Shown: positions 1-9,784 of the stretch, piece by piece
Numbering within the stretch: position 1 is the stretch's first letter
How the letters are laid out: every line of letters begins with the position of its first letter
Assembly: GCA_030645475.1 (NCBI GenBank)
Contig: JAUSMA010000032.1
Coordinates: 5,515 to 69,514, forward strand
Reading direction: 5' to 3'
DNA length: 64,000 nucleotides
From: Nitrospirota bacterium
GTDB taxonomy: Bacteria > Nitrospirota > Nitrospiria > Nitrospirales > Nitrospiraceae
The notes under the pieces: generated by a model
Seen by the model: only the letters and a program-made list of their open reading frames with translations
Told to the model about the DNA's origin: nothing
The model's database searches: none
Program-made: the position numbers and the translations under genes

Positions 1-48
1 TGATGACTGACTAGCCGAGACCATCCGTGCGTACGAATGGTCGTTGGA

Positions 49-855
49 TCATTCCACTTGGGGAAGACGCCCGAGATAGAACGTGGCAATGGCTACTGTC
101 GCCGCAACATTTAAGGATTCCACGTCGCGACTGAGCGGGATGGTAAATCGAGTAGTGGCATGCGTGCGGATCTGAGCTGATAAACCACGGCTTTCATTGC
201 CAACGGCAAATACACATTTCCGTGGCACATGCCGAATCTCATCAATTGGAACAGTTCCCTCACCTGCCACTTCTGCAGTGAAAATCTGGCAGCCCTGCTG
301 AATCAGCCCTGACACATCCTTGATGAAAAATATCGGCAGCGCAAGCAACACCCCGCTCGTGGCGCGAACCACCTTGGAATGATACACATCGGCAGAATCC
401 GGCGTGAGCCACAGGGCACTCACGTTGAGACCAGCGGCTGTTCGAATAATCGCTCCAACATTGGCAGGATCTTGTAGCTGCTCTCCGAAAATTCCCAGGA
501 CAGTCCTCTGACTCAGAATCGTTCCTTCATTCCATATCGGCTGTCGTACCAGGGCGAGAATGCCTTGCGGCTCGTCGACATCGGACAGTTTCGAGAATTG
601 GAAGTCAGGACAGGAATACTGCGGCTTCGAGACAGCCAATCGAACCAATCGGTCACCCTGCCCTTCCTTGAGCAGGTAACCGTGAGACGTCACGATTGTC
701 AGGATCTGGCTCGGATACCGGGTGAGGAGATCCCGCACAGCGTGGGCGCCTTCGACCACGAAGGCGCCTTCCTGTGCTCGCACACGTCTATCGAGGAGAA
801 GTTCGCGGATGTGCGCCCCTTGCGAGCGCGTCAGGAGGGGAAGTGAGTCAGCCAC
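49..855 (-). CDS. TrmH/SpoU-family RNA 2'-O-methyltransferase
   Basis: 268-aa ORF with a GTG start. SpoU methylase motifs sit in the C-terminal half (FAVGNESRGLS, SLNVAATVAIA), after an N-terminal substrate-binding-type domain. Confidence 0.8.
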   Translation of the reverse strand: MADSLPLLTRSQGAHIRELLLDRRVRAQEGAFVVEGAHAVRDLLTRYPSQILTIVTSHGYLLKEGQGDRLVRLAVSKPQYSCPDFQFSKLSDVDEPQGILALVRQPIWNEGTILSQRTVLGIFGEQLQDPANVGAIIRTAAGLNVSALWLTPDSADVYHSKVVRATSGVLLALPIFFIKDVSGLIQQGCQIFTAEVAGEGTVPIDEIRHVPRKCVFAVGNESRGLSAQIRTHATTRFTIPLSRDVESLNVAATVAIATFYLGRLPQVE

Positions 856-884
856 GCTTATACGTCACACTGGACACAATCGGT

Positions 885-1226
885 TCAGCGACGTTTCCGC
901 CCAGATGCGGCCTCGGCAGCCCGAATCCGTTGAGCCCGTACTTTCGCCCGCTTGAGCGCAGTCAGCTTCCCGCTGGTCCGATCCTGCTCATGCTGAAGCT
1001 TGTCGAACTGAGACTGGAGGTGGAGCTTCTCTCGCTTGTGTAGCGTGGCGCATTCTTCTTGAGAAAGATGGATCCAATCGCCACAGGTCTTGGCCCGCTT
1101 AATCCGTTGTTCCAACGACTCACGCAACTGCTTGGAACGCATGCTCAAGAGCGATTTCAACGCCTCCTTACGCCGCTGGACTTCTTCTTCCTCTGCGATA
1201 ATTCCGCGAATATCTGTTCCTAACAT
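885..1226 (-). CDS. Hypothetical small charged/coiled-coil protein
   Basis: 113-aa ORF. ATG at 1226 has a GGAGG 6 nt upstream (plus-strand cctcc 1233-1237). The sequence is K/R/E/Q-rich. I recognise no family. Confidence 0.55.
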   Translation of the reverse strand: MLGTDIRGIIAEEEEVQRRKEALKSLLSMRSKQLRESLEQRIKRAKTCGDWIHLSQEECATLHKREKLHLQSQFDKLQHEQDRTSGKLTALKRAKVRAQRIRAAEAASGRKRR

Positions 1227-1399
1227 GACACGCCTCCTCGCTGAATCTGGAATAAACTTGGAGACGCATTATACCTGATTTCACCACGCATCTTCCACTG
1301 GAAGAAAATGCTCATAAGTCTTTGTTATTGAGGGGGTATCAAGCCACAAGTTCTAAGAGCGAGGTTGCAGAGAGAGATGCAATTCAGTATCATCGCACC

Positions 1400-1861
1400 A
1401 TGGCACTCGGACAACAAATTCAAGCTTGGCGGGTCTCAAGAGGCCTCTCAGTAGAGGCTTTGGCAGCGGCATCCCATATCCAGACTTACCAATTAGAGGA
1501 AATTGAAGCAGAGCAAATTGATCCTTCCGCTTCAACCCTCGAAGCACTCGCGGCTGCCCTGAAAATTCCTCCGGCTTGGCTCTTTAGCCATCCGACTTCC
1601 TTTCGCACCTTGTTTGAGGATCCGGAAGAGCACGAGAATCCCATCCCCACAGGCCCCGATCCTGTCACAGAACGAATACTCGCGGGATCGCGCATGGATC
1701 GTTCGCTCTACGTCCTGCTGACGGCGATCATGCAAAGCGGCGAACCGAAATTGCTCCGTGCGGCGGAAGTGAATTTACGAAGCCTCGTCAAGCAAGCCAA
1801 ACAGGCGACGATCCCCTGGCAGAACCGACCGTCTGGCCACTTCGAACCGCCGAGCGATTAG
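1400..1861 (+). CDS. XRE-family helix-turn-helix transcriptional regulator
   Basis: I use the internal ATG at 1400 (MALGQQIQAWRVSRGLSVEALAAAS...). The N-terminus is a typical Cro/C1 HTH. The track ORF from 1322 only adds an alternative-start extension. Confidence 0.75.
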   Translation: MALGQQIQAWRVSRGLSVEALAAASHIQTYQLEEIEAEQIDPSASTLEALAAALKIPPAWLFSHPTSFRTLFEDPEEHENPIPTGPDPVTERILAGSRMDRSLYVLLTAIMQSGEPKLLRAAEVNLRSLVKQAKQATIPWQNRPSGHFEPPSD

Positions 1862-1941
1862 TTATTCGTGCGCGACGCGCGGGAAATGCAGGACGAGCGA
1901 GACAGGTTGACGACTGAAGTGTTGAGAAATTTGAACTCCTA

Positions 1942-1969
1942 CCTTTAGTCTTCGGACTTCGGCCTTCGA
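1942..1969. repeat. Tandem heptamer array (cctttag tcttcgg acttcgg ccttcga)
   Basis: Four consecutive 7-nt units with consensus NCTTYRG. They lie in the spacer between convergent genes (1400..1861 on + and 1995..3188 on -). Confidence 0.6.
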
Positions 1970-1994
1970 GTCGCGCATGTCCCGCTTGTCTCGC

Positions 1995-3188
1995 TCAGAG
2001 TACTTGCAGGATGAAACACTTCAAGTAACGCGTCTCCGGCATCGTAGCGAAAATGGGATGGTCGCTCGCCTGCCCACGCTGTTCAAGCAGACGGACCTGC
2101 CTCTTCGCGTCTCGTGCAGCCAGACGAATGCCCGTCCACAATTCCTGTTCAGTGACATGGTGTGAGCAGGAACTCGTGACCAGAAATCCTTCCGGCTTCG
2201 TGAGCCGCATCCCAAGCAAATTGACATCTTTGTATCCTGCCAAGGCACGAGGCACGGCCTGTTTACTGCGAGCAAAGGCCGGTGGATCGAGCAACACGAG
2301 GTCGTACCGGCGCCCAGCCCGTTCGAGCTGTCGCATCTCCACAAACGCATCCGCCGGTCGATAGACACAACGAGTATCCACCTTGTTCAAGACCGCATGG
2401 TTGCGCGCAAGTGCCAGAGCCTCCTCGCTGACATCCAATCCTTCGACCGACTTCGCTCCTGCGAGCGCGGCATGAATGCCAAAGGCTCCTGTATGGGCAA
2501 ATACCTCCAGCACCTCTGCACCCGACGCGAATTGCGCTGCCACCAATCGGTTTTCCCGTTGATCGCAGAACCAACCGGTTTTCTGCCCTCGTTCGATGTC
2601 GACAAGAAATCGAGCCGGCCCCTCGTGGATATCGACGATCGTGGCGCCACCCCCTCGAAGGAAACCTCGCTCCACCGACAATCCCTCCAACGTACGGCTC
2701 TTGGCATCGTTACGCAGATACACCCGAGTTGCTCCGGACTCCTGGCACAAGAGGTCGGCGAGTAGATCTTTCCGACTGTCCATACCAGAGGACAAGGTCT
2801 GCATGACTAAGACATCGTCATAGCGATCGACAATCAAGCCAGGCAACCGATCCGCCTCTCCATAGATGAGGCGATAGGCATTGGTGCCGGTGACGATCTT
2901 CTGCCGCAACCTGACCGCCTGTGCAATCCGCGCCTTCCAAAACTGTTCGGTGATGGGTTCGTCTTCGAATGTCAGGATCCGCACGCGGATCTTGGACTCT
3001 GGGTTGTAAAGGCCTCTGGCATAGAATCGTCCATTCGGCGAGATGACATCGACCACATCGCCTGAAACCAGCTCACCGCTGACCCCCTCGACATAACCGG
3101 CATAGATCCAAAGATGCCCAGGCTCCTCGACCGCACGTGTGCGAGAGAGCCGAACCTGCCCGCGTGGATTATCATCATGTGTAGTCAT
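1995..3188 (-). CDS. rlmI: Class I SAM-dependent rRNA (cytosine-C5) methyltransferase, RlmI-like (PUA plus methyltransferase domains)
   Basis: ATG at 3188 (MTTHDDNPRGQVRL...). A PUA-like N-terminus (HLWIYAGYVEGV) is followed by SAM-MTase motifs (VLEVFAHTGAFG, DLVLLDPPAF). At 397 aa it fits the RlmI size. The 84 codons upstream in the track ORF look non-coding. Confidence 0.8.
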   Translation of the reverse strand: MTTHDDNPRGQVRLSRTRAVEEPGHLWIYAGYVEGVSGELVSGDVVDVISPNGRFYARGLYNPESKIRVRILTFEDEPITEQFWKARIAQAVRLRQKIVTGTNAYRLIYGEADRLPGLIVDRYDDVLVMQTLSSGMDSRKDLLADLLCQESGATRVYLRNDAKSRTLEGLSVERGFLRGGGATIVDIHEGPARFLVDIERGQKTGWFCDQRENRLVAAQFASGAEVLEVFAHTGAFGIHAALAGAKSVEGLDVSEEALALARNHAVLNKVDTRCVYRPADAFVEMRQLERAGRRYDLVLLDPPAFARSKQAVPRALAGYKDVNLLGMRLTKPEGFLVTSSCSHHVTEQELWTGIRLAARDAKRQVRLLEQRGQASDHPIFATMPETRYLKCFILQVL

Positions 3189-3332
3189 ACTGTACTTATC
3201 CAATGGCGCGAACCGCACGTCAAGTCCTTCCTCACGTATCTGCTTGCTTGACGGCTGCCGCGCGCTGTGGTTTGCTGCAGATGTGTGTAACACAGAGCCT
3301 ATTTCCCCCTCCCTAAACCGGGAAGCCCCACG

Positions 3333-4988
3333 ATGACACGAATACCGACCATCGGTTCCGCCGTGATTGATCGGCTTCATCAACTGGGAGTCCGTCATAT
3401 CTTTGGAATCCCCGGTGATTATGTCCTGAGCCTCTACCAATTGATCGAAGCCTCACCGATCCGCCACGTCGGCACAACCCGCGAAGATAGCGCAGGCTTT
3501 GCAGCCGACGCCTATGCCCGTATCAATGGCATCGGAGCCGTCTGCGTCACCTATTGTGTCGGAGGGCTGAATTGCGTGAATGCGATCGCCTGCGCCTATG
3601 CTGAACGGTCGCCGGTCGTGTTACTCACCGGATCGCCCGGACTTTCAGAGCGAGTTCGCACACCCTACATGCACCACATGGTACGGGATTTCTCGACGCA
3701 ACGGGAGGTGTTCGAGAAAATCACGGTGGCTGCGGTCTCATTGGATGATCCCGCAACCGCCGAACGAGAGATGGATCGAGCCTTTGCCGCCCTGTTGCGC
3801 TATCGCCGCCCCATCTATATCGAAATCCCTCGAGACCTCGTCCATACGCCTCTTGCACATCCCTTGCGGCCCCTCTGCCTCGACGACGAACCAAGCGATG
3901 CCGCCGCACTGGACGAAGCCCTCGCCGAAGTCCGTGCCATGTTGGCCTCGGCCAAGCGCCCTGCGATCTTGGCCGGCGCGGAAATCGGACGATTCGGCCT
4001 GCAAGACGAACTGACGCGTCTGGTTGAGCGGCTCAATGTCCCCATCGCCTCGACCCTGTTGGGAAAATCTGTCATTCGTGAAGACCACCCGCTCTACGTC
4101 GGTGTGTATGGCGGCCTGATCGCGCGTGACGAAGTCCAACAATACATCAATGAATCCGACTGCCTCCTGATCCTGGGATCGATCTTATCCGACGTTGAGG
4201 ATCTCAATGCCGATTCGCCCTTGCTGACAGAAGGCCGCACGATTCATGCGACCGCCGACCGGGTGGCCATCAAACACCATCGCTACGATGCGATCCGGTT
4301 TCAAGACTTCGTGCGAGCCCTGGTCACCAATCCCCTTCCTTCGTTTTCTTCACGCCCCCTGCCCGCACCCCCAGCCGTGCCACAAGGCATCCTTGCACCG
4401 AACGCTCCTGTAACCTTGAACGGCCTCTTTCGCCACCTCGATAGTCTGCTGGATGAAAAGACCCTCGTGATCGCTGACGTCGGGGAATCGCTCTTTGCTG
4501 CAGCCGATCTCCATGTCCATCGACGATTTGAGTTTCTCTCTCCCGCCTATTACACCTCAATGGGATTTGCCGTTCCGGCAGCCGTCGGCGCGTCGTTTGC
4601 CGATCCCACGCTCCGACCGATCGTGCTAGTGGGAGACGGCGCATTTCAAATGACCGGAACAGAGCTCTCGACCGCCGTACGATATGGTCAAACGCCGATC
4701 GTTATTATTCTGAACAATCGAGGCTACTCCACTGAACGGGAAATTCTCGAAGGCCCCTTTAACGATGTCCACGAATGGCACTACGATCGAATCTGCGACA
4801 TGGTCGGAGGCGGAGTCGGCACGAGGATCACAACCCAAGGGGAATTTGAGCGAGAGCTCACCGCCGCCTTAGCAGATTCCCGCCAACTGCACGTCCTGAA
4901 TGTGCTGCTCAATCCAGCCGATCGCTCAGCAGGCATGATCAGACTGGCCCATCGCCTTGCCAAACGACTTTCCACCGATCGCCCATAG
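3333..4988 (+). CDS. Thiamine-diphosphate-dependent alpha-keto-acid decarboxylase (indolepyruvate/pyruvate decarboxylase family)
   Basis: 551 aa. N-terminal TPP pyrimidine-binding domain (IFGIPGDYVLSLY, TTREDSAGFAADAYAR). C-terminal TPP-binding motif GDGAFQMT...NN. Confidence 0.8.
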   Translation: MTRIPTIGSAVIDRLHQLGVRHIFGIPGDYVLSLYQLIEASPIRHVGTTREDSAGFAADAYARINGIGAVCVTYCVGGLNCVNAIACAYAERSPVVLLTGSPGLSERVRTPYMHHMVRDFSTQREVFEKITVAAVSLDDPATAEREMDRAFAALLRYRRPIYIEIPRDLVHTPLAHPLRPLCLDDEPSDAAALDEALAEVRAMLASAKRPAILAGAEIGRFGLQDELTRLVERLNVPIASTLLGKSVIREDHPLYVGVYGGLIARDEVQQYINESDCLLILGSILSDVEDLNADSPLLTEGRTIHATADRVAIKHHRYDAIRFQDFVRALVTNPLPSFSSRPLPAPPAVPQGILAPNAPVTLNGLFRHLDSLLDEKTLVIADVGESLFAAADLHVHRRFEFLSPAYYTSMGFAVPAAVGASFADPTLRPIVLVGDGAFQMTGTELSTAVRYGQTPIVIILNNRGYSTEREILEGPFNDVHEWHYDRICDMVGGGVGTRITTQGEFERELTAALADSRQLHVLNVLLNPADRSAGMIRLAHRLAKRLSTDRP

Positions 4989-5099
4989 CGGGTGACATCC
5001 AGACATTCTCCACCTTGGAGGTGAAGGGTTTTTCCACCATCCTCTTCACTCCCTCGCTCCTTCGTAACATGAACTGCCAGCACTTAGGGCTTTCCCTAG

Positions 5100-5115
5100 T
5101 GGCACGCCCCCTGCA
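5100..5115 (+). promoter_or_regulatory. Candidate sigma-54 (-24/-12) promoter
   Basis: TGGCACGccccCTGCA. GG and GC have the canonical spacing, with one mismatch to TGGCAC-N5-TTGCA. It lies about 125 nt upstream of the ATG at 5241. Confidence 0.5.
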
Positions 5116-5240
5116 CAAGTGTTCTAATACCACGAGCAACGCTGCGGTGAATGCAGTGCGCGGCTTCAACAACCTCTCCTGATTTCTCTGCCTAATCTTT
5201 GCCAAGCCCGTGGCAGGCGACTCACTCATTGGAGGACTAC

Positions 5241-6485
5241 ATGTCTGACTTCTACCAAAACGGTGTCGTCACGGTGCTGCACCGCCTCGGACAACCGAAC
5301 GTCGATCAACTCGAACGGGAGTTAGCGCGGTATGGGCGCGTCAACCCCATCGCCTTAGTTCTCCCATCCCTCTATGCAGAATTGGGGCGCCCCGCATTGA
5401 AAGCCATTGTGGAGACCCTCAAAACGGTGTCGTATCTGAACGAAATCGTCATCTCGTTAGATCGCGCCTCAGCCTTGGAGTTTCGCCTGGCCAAACAATT
5501 CTTTTCCGAACTCCCTCAACGGGTACGTCTCATCTGGAATGACGGCGAGCGCATCCAAGCCATCCTCAAGCTCTTAGTCGATCACAACCTCGATATCGGC
5601 CTGCAGGGCAAAGGTCGAGGCTGCTGGACAGCCTTCGGCTACATATTGGCCCGAAACCAAAGTCAGGTCATCGCCCTGCACGACTGCGATATCACCAGCT
5701 ACAACCGGGAATATCTCGCGCGCCTCTGCTACCCCATCGCCAATCCGAACCTCGGCTATGAATTCTGCAAAGGCTACTACAGCCGCGTCACCGATCGGCT
5801 GCATGGGCGAGTCACACGCTTATTCTTCACCCCCATGATCAGAAGCCTGCAACAGCTCGTAGGGCCCCACGCCCTCCTCACCTTTCTCGACAGCTTTCGC
5901 TACCCGCTGGCCGGTGAGTTCGCCATGGTGCGGGACCTGGCCTGGACGAATAGAATTCCAGGAGACTGGGGTCTCGAAATCGGTGTTCTTTCAGAGGTCT
6001 ATCGGAACTGTGCTTTGCGCCGCATTTGCCAAGCTGATATTGCGGATGCCTATGACCATAAACACCAAGAGCTCTCGAATCACGACCCCGATGCCGGCCT
6101 CCTCAAGATGTGCGTCGATATCACGAAATCGCTCTTTAGAAACCTCGCGAGCGAAGGCGTGATCTTATCCGACGGGGTTCTCAAAACCTTGCGGGCAACC
6201 TATTTGCAAGCGGCCCAGGAAGCGATTAGTCGCTACGAAAACGATGCGGCTATCAACAGCCTCACGTTCGACCGGCACCAGGAGCGGACGGCCGTCGAGG
6301 TGTTCTTGAAAGGCATAAAGCTGGCCACGGAGGGTTTTCTCGACGATCCGCTGGGCGTTCCCATGATTTCAAACTGGAGCCGCGTGACCCATGCTGTACC
6401 AGACATTTTCGATCGCCTGGTCGAGGCCGTCGAAGCGGATCATGCCTGGGATCCCACATCTGAACCGGTAGCCACGCCGTCATGA
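5241..6485 (+). CDS. gpgS: Glucosyl-3-phosphoglycerate synthase-like glycosyltransferase (GT81-type)
   Basis: ATG at 5241 preceded by GGAGG (5231-5235). The GpgS/MpgS-like core is present: GKGRGCW, HDCDI in the DxD position, GRVTRLFFTPM, PLAGEFAM, WGLEIGVL, DHKHQ. Confidence 0.6.
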   Translation: MSDFYQNGVVTVLHRLGQPNVDQLERELARYGRVNPIALVLPSLYAELGRPALKAIVETLKTVSYLNEIVISLDRASALEFRLAKQFFSELPQRVRLIWNDGERIQAILKLLVDHNLDIGLQGKGRGCWTAFGYILARNQSQVIALHDCDITSYNREYLARLCYPIANPNLGYEFCKGYYSRVTDRLHGRVTRLFFTPMIRSLQQLVGPHALLTFLDSFRYPLAGEFAMVRDLAWTNRIPGDWGLEIGVLSEVYRNCALRRICQADIADAYDHKHQELSNHDPDAGLLKMCVDITKSLFRNLASEGVILSDGVLKTLRATYLQAAQEAISRYENDAAINSLTFDRHQERTAVEVFLKGIKLATEGFLDDPLGVPMISNWSRVTHAVPDIFDRLVEAVEADHAWDPTSEPVATPS

Positions 6486-7816
6486 ACACCGAACTCACAC
6501 CACTTACGGCACCGACGGAAGCTCGCATTCACGATATTGGCTCGGCAGAGATTCTCGTCGGGATTCCGAGCTACAACAACGCGGACACGGTCGGCCACGT
6601 CGTGCGGGCCGTGAGCGTGGGGCTCGCCAAACACTTCCCTGGCCGCCGGGCCGTCCTGGTCAATTCAGACGGGGGCTCTTCGGATGACACGACAGCCATC
6701 GTCACCCGCACCGCCGTCGACTTCCAACATCTGTTCATCGGCGAGCAGCAAAGCATCCTGCATCGGATCATTACTCCCTACCATGGCATTCCCGGAAAAG
6801 GCAGTGCCTTCCGAACGATCTTCGAGATTGCACGGCGATTGAAGGCCAGGGCCTGCGCGGTGGTCGACGCAGATCTCCGCAGCATTTCACCGGAATGGAT
6901 CGAACTGTTACTCCGCCCGATCATGGAAGAGGGATACGACTATGTCGCCCCCTACTATCTGCGCCACAAATATGACGGCACGATTACAAATAGTATCGCC
7001 TACCCGCTCACCAGAGCTCTCTACGGGCAACGAATCCGCCAGCCTATCGGCGGGGAGTTCGGCTTTTCCGGTGCACTCGCGGCCCATTACCTCGACCAAC
7101 ATGTCTGGGAATCGGAGGTGGCGCGGTTCGGCATCGATATCTGGATGACGACTGAGGCCATTGCCAGCGGTGCACGGGTCTGCCAAAGCTTCCTCGGCGC
7201 AAAAATCCATAATCCGAAGGATCCTGCTGCCGACCTGTCTGCCATGTTAATGCAAGTAGTGGGAGCACTCTTTGCCGCAATGGAACGGCATGAAGGCCTG
7301 TGGTCACAGCAGGAGGGATCGCAGCCGGTTCCACTCTTTGGGTTCCCCTACGAGGTCGGAGTCGAACCGGTCCATGTCAATGTAGAGCGGATGGTGTCGC
7401 ACTATCGACAGGGCCTCACCGATCTTGAACCCATCTGGCGGCAAATCCTGGCAAACGACACATTCACGCAGTTGCGCGACCTCCAGGGAGCATCCAGCAC
7501 CGACTGTCGAATCACCGATGAGTTGTGGGTCCAGGTCGTCTACGATGCGGCCATCGCCTATCACAAGCAAGTCATGCCGCGCGAGCACCTCCTAAAAGCC
7601 CTCACCCCCCTGTACTTAGGTCGAACCGCTTCGTTCGTCCATGCCACCCAAGGCCTGACGTCTACGGAGGCAGAACAGAAGATCGAAGCCTTGTGCCAGA
7701 CGTTCGAACGTATGAAACCCTATCTGGTTGAGCGTTGGCAACCGCTGGCACTACAACCCGCAGTGCCGGCGCTGTTGCACCACACGACGACCGACGCAGG
7801 AGGTGATCATGAATGA
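6482..7816 (+). CDS. GT-A fold glycosyltransferase (GT2-like), candidate second sugar transferase of the cluster
   Basis: ATGA overlap with the upstream stop. N-terminal GT-A signature ILVGIPSYNNADTVGHVV...NSDGGSSDDT, then VVDADL. Confidence 0.6.
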   Translation: MNTELTPLTAPTEARIHDIGSAEILVGIPSYNNADTVGHVVRAVSVGLAKHFPGRRAVLVNSDGGSSDDTTAIVTRTAVDFQHLFIGEQQSILHRIITPYHGIPGKGSAFRTIFEIARRLKARACAVVDADLRSISPEWIELLLRPIMEEGYDYVAPYYLRHKYDGTITNSIAYPLTRALYGQRIRQPIGGEFGFSGALAAHYLDQHVWESEVARFGIDIWMTTEAIASGARVCQSFLGAKIHNPKDPAADLSAMLMQVVGALFAAMERHEGLWSQQEGSQPVPLFGFPYEVGVEPVHVNVERMVSHYRQGLTDLEPIWRQILANDTFTQLRDLQGASSTDCRITDELWVQVVYDAAIAYHKQVMPREHLLKALTPLYLGRTASFVHATQGLTSTEAEQKIEALCQTFERMKPYLVERWQPLALQPAVPALLHHTTTDAGGDHE

Positions 7817-8516
7817 CTTCATTAACCAGGCGCTTCTAGGGCCGCTGGAACTGCTCGGACGCCAGATGCTGACCGTGCTCCCCAATGTGCTCGCCATGGG
7901 CATTATCCTGCTCGGTGGCTTCTTCACCGCATGGGCGTTCGGTTCCTTCGCTGAACGACTGTTTCGCGTGATCGGATTCGACCATCTCTGTGATCGGTTG
8001 GGGATGAATGCGGCGCTTCTACGGGGAGGAGTCAAAACCGATCCTTCTCGCCTCGTCGGCCGCAGCATCTATTGGATGGTGCTCCTGCTGGCTGCGATTG
8101 GGGCGTTGGGAGCCTTGAACCTGACTCCGATCAACCAGTTCGCCCAGTCACTGCTGGCTTATGTGCCTCATCTGGTAACGGCAGCGGTGATTCTTCTGGC
8201 CGGGTACTTTCTCTCGAACTTTGCCTCTCAGGCTGTTCTCATCGCCGCCGTCAATGCCGGACTGCCTCCCGCGAGACTCATCGCAGCCTGTTCCCGCTGG
8301 GGGCTCCAAATCCTCGCAGGCGCCATGGCACTGGAACAACTTGGCATTGCTGAGCATATCGTGGTCGTAGGATTCGGCATTACCTGGGGAGGAATCGTAC
8401 TGGCCGGCGCGATCGCATTTGGACTCGGCTCCGCCGATCTCGCGAAAGGGTTCTTAGAACGACGGCTGGTGGCCCGATCAAAATCCAGCACAGGCGATGA
8501 TCTCCATCACTTATAA
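7809..8516 (+). CDS. Membrane protein with conserved TM-helix repeats (MscS-N-terminal-like, no recognisable MscS beta domain)
   Basis: ATG at 7809 overlaps the upstream stop (ATGAATGA). About 5-6 hydrophobic helices with repeated LxxxLPNVLAA/IxxLLxGxF-type segments. Confidence 0.55.
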   Translation: MNDFINQALLGPLELLGRQMLTVLPNVLAMGIILLGGFFTAWAFGSFAERLFRVIGFDHLCDRLGMNAALLRGGVKTDPSRLVGRSIYWMVLLLAAIGALGALNLTPINQFAQSLLAYVPHLVTAAVILLAGYFLSNFASQAVLIAAVNAGLPPARLIAACSRWGLQILAGAMALEQLGIAEHIVVVGFGITWGGIVLAGAIAFGLGSADLAKGFLERRLVARSKSSTGDDLHHL

Positions 8517-8528
8517 CAGCACAAGATC

Positions 8529-9362
8529 ATGCCCAATTTGATCGTCTTTACAGACTTGGATGGTTCGCTCCTCGATGGCACAACCTACTCCTACGAGACG
8601 GCCATACCAGCCCTCAGGGCGCTCCGTGAGCACGACATCCCACTTGTACTGGTGTCGAGTAAAACGCGCGCGGAAATGGAGCCGCTTCGCCAACGGCTCG
8701 GCCATCATGATCCCTTCATTGTCGAAAACGGCGGCGCTGTGTTTGTGCCACATGGCCTCTTCGATTTTCCCTTGGAACGGATGCGAACCAGATCTCCATA
8801 CCAAGTCATCGAGTTGGGCCTTCCGTATCACATGCTGCGGGATGTCCTGAAGCAAATCGAAGATGCGATTGAAACGCCGCTACAAGGCTTTGGCGACCTG
8901 TCGATAGAAGCCATTATGCAGGCGACCGGGCTCCCCTATGCCGACGCCGTCCTCGCCAAACAGCGGGAATACGACGAGCCCTACCTCCTACAAGGCCCGC
9001 AGACCCTCATCGAAGAAGTCTGCCGGCAAATTGTGACCAGGGGACTTCGATGGACAAAGGGGGGGCGGCTCTTTCATCTGATGGGAGAGAACGATAAGGG
9101 AGCGGCTGCGTCCGTGCTCCTTCGCTGCTACCAGCGCCAACAACGATTGAACGGAGAGACGGACCGGATTGAAACGATCGGGATCGGGGACAGCATCAAC
9201 GATGCTCCCCTGCTCGCCATGGTGGATTACCCGATTCTTGTCCAAAAACCAGACGGATCCTATGACCCTGACATACACCTGTCTAGGATGATCCGCGCGC
9301 CCGGCATCGGGCCGGTAGGATGGAATGAAGCGGTCCTCGATATCTTGGCTCAGGTCACCTGA
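8529..9362 (+). CDS. HAD-IIB phosphatase of the mannosyl-3-phosphoglycerate phosphatase (MpgP/YedP) family
   Basis: N-terminal FTDLDGSLLD, then LVSSKTRAEM and a C-terminal GDSINDAPLL. These are the typical MPGP-family HAD motifs. Confidence 0.75.
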   Translation: MPNLIVFTDLDGSLLDGTTYSYETAIPALRALREHDIPLVLVSSKTRAEMEPLRQRLGHHDPFIVENGGAVFVPHGLFDFPLERMRTRSPYQVIELGLPYHMLRDVLKQIEDAIETPLQGFGDLSIEAIMQATGLPYADAVLAKQREYDEPYLLQGPQTLIEEVCRQIVTRGLRWTKGGRLFHLMGENDKGAAASVLLRCYQRQQRLNGETDRIETIGIGDSINDAPLLAMVDYPILVQKPDGSYDPDIHLSRMIRAPGIGPVGWNEAVLDILAQVT

Positions 9363-9400
9363 GAGATCGCCTGCCGCCACGCACGAGAATACGATCTCTC
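9361..9400. terminator. Hairpin between convergent genes
   Basis: Perfect 9-bp inverted repeat: GAGAGATCG (9361-9369) and CGATCTCTC (9392-9400), with a 22-nt loop. It overlaps both stop codons. There is no clear U-tract. Confidence 0.4.
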
Positions 9401-9593
9401 AGCCGGGCTTCTTCGTCGCAAACACCGTGGCGTCGCAGGCCAGATACTTGATCTGCTTCATGGGAATGATGAGCACTTCCTTCGCTGAATCGACCTCTAA
9501 CACTTCCATATCGTCACTGATGGTATGACGAATCGCATCCTTCACCAGCAACTCCTGATTGTCGACAAACACAATTTTCACCCAATATTGCAC
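9399..9593 (-). CDS. Small hypothetical protein (64 aa)
   Basis: GTG start at 9593 with AAGGAG 7 nt upstream (plus-strand ctcctt 9601-9606). The amino-acid composition is balanced. I recognise no family. Confidence 0.5.
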   Translation of the reverse strand: MQYWVKIVFVDNQELLVKDAIRHTISDDMEVLEVDSAKEVLIIPMKQIKYLACDATVFATKKPG

Positions 9594-9784
9594 AGTACGG
9601 CTCCTTCGTTACGAGGTCACTCCAATTCTACCGAACGTATCGCTACCGGCTCCACCGAGGAGAGCAATGTTCTTCGAACAGTCCCCGCTCCAGCACAGCT
9701 AACCCTGCGATTGTCGTGAGCCATATATGAAAGTGAGGTCAACGCAGGCAGGACCTGCGCTGATCAACGCGATTCTCTTGGGCG

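Noticed and set aside
3189-3440. 84-codon N-terminal extension of the RlmI ORF in the track
   Set aside because: The ATG at 3188 gives a canonical 397-aa RlmI starting at the PUA domain. The extension has non-protein-like composition and would nearly abut the divergent gene at 3333.
5012-5035. Possible intrinsic terminator after the TPP decarboxylase gene (CACCT-tgg-AGGTG followed by aagggTTTTT)
   Set aside because: The stem is only 5 bp with a 3-nt loop, and the T-run is separated from it by 5 nt. This is too weak to call.
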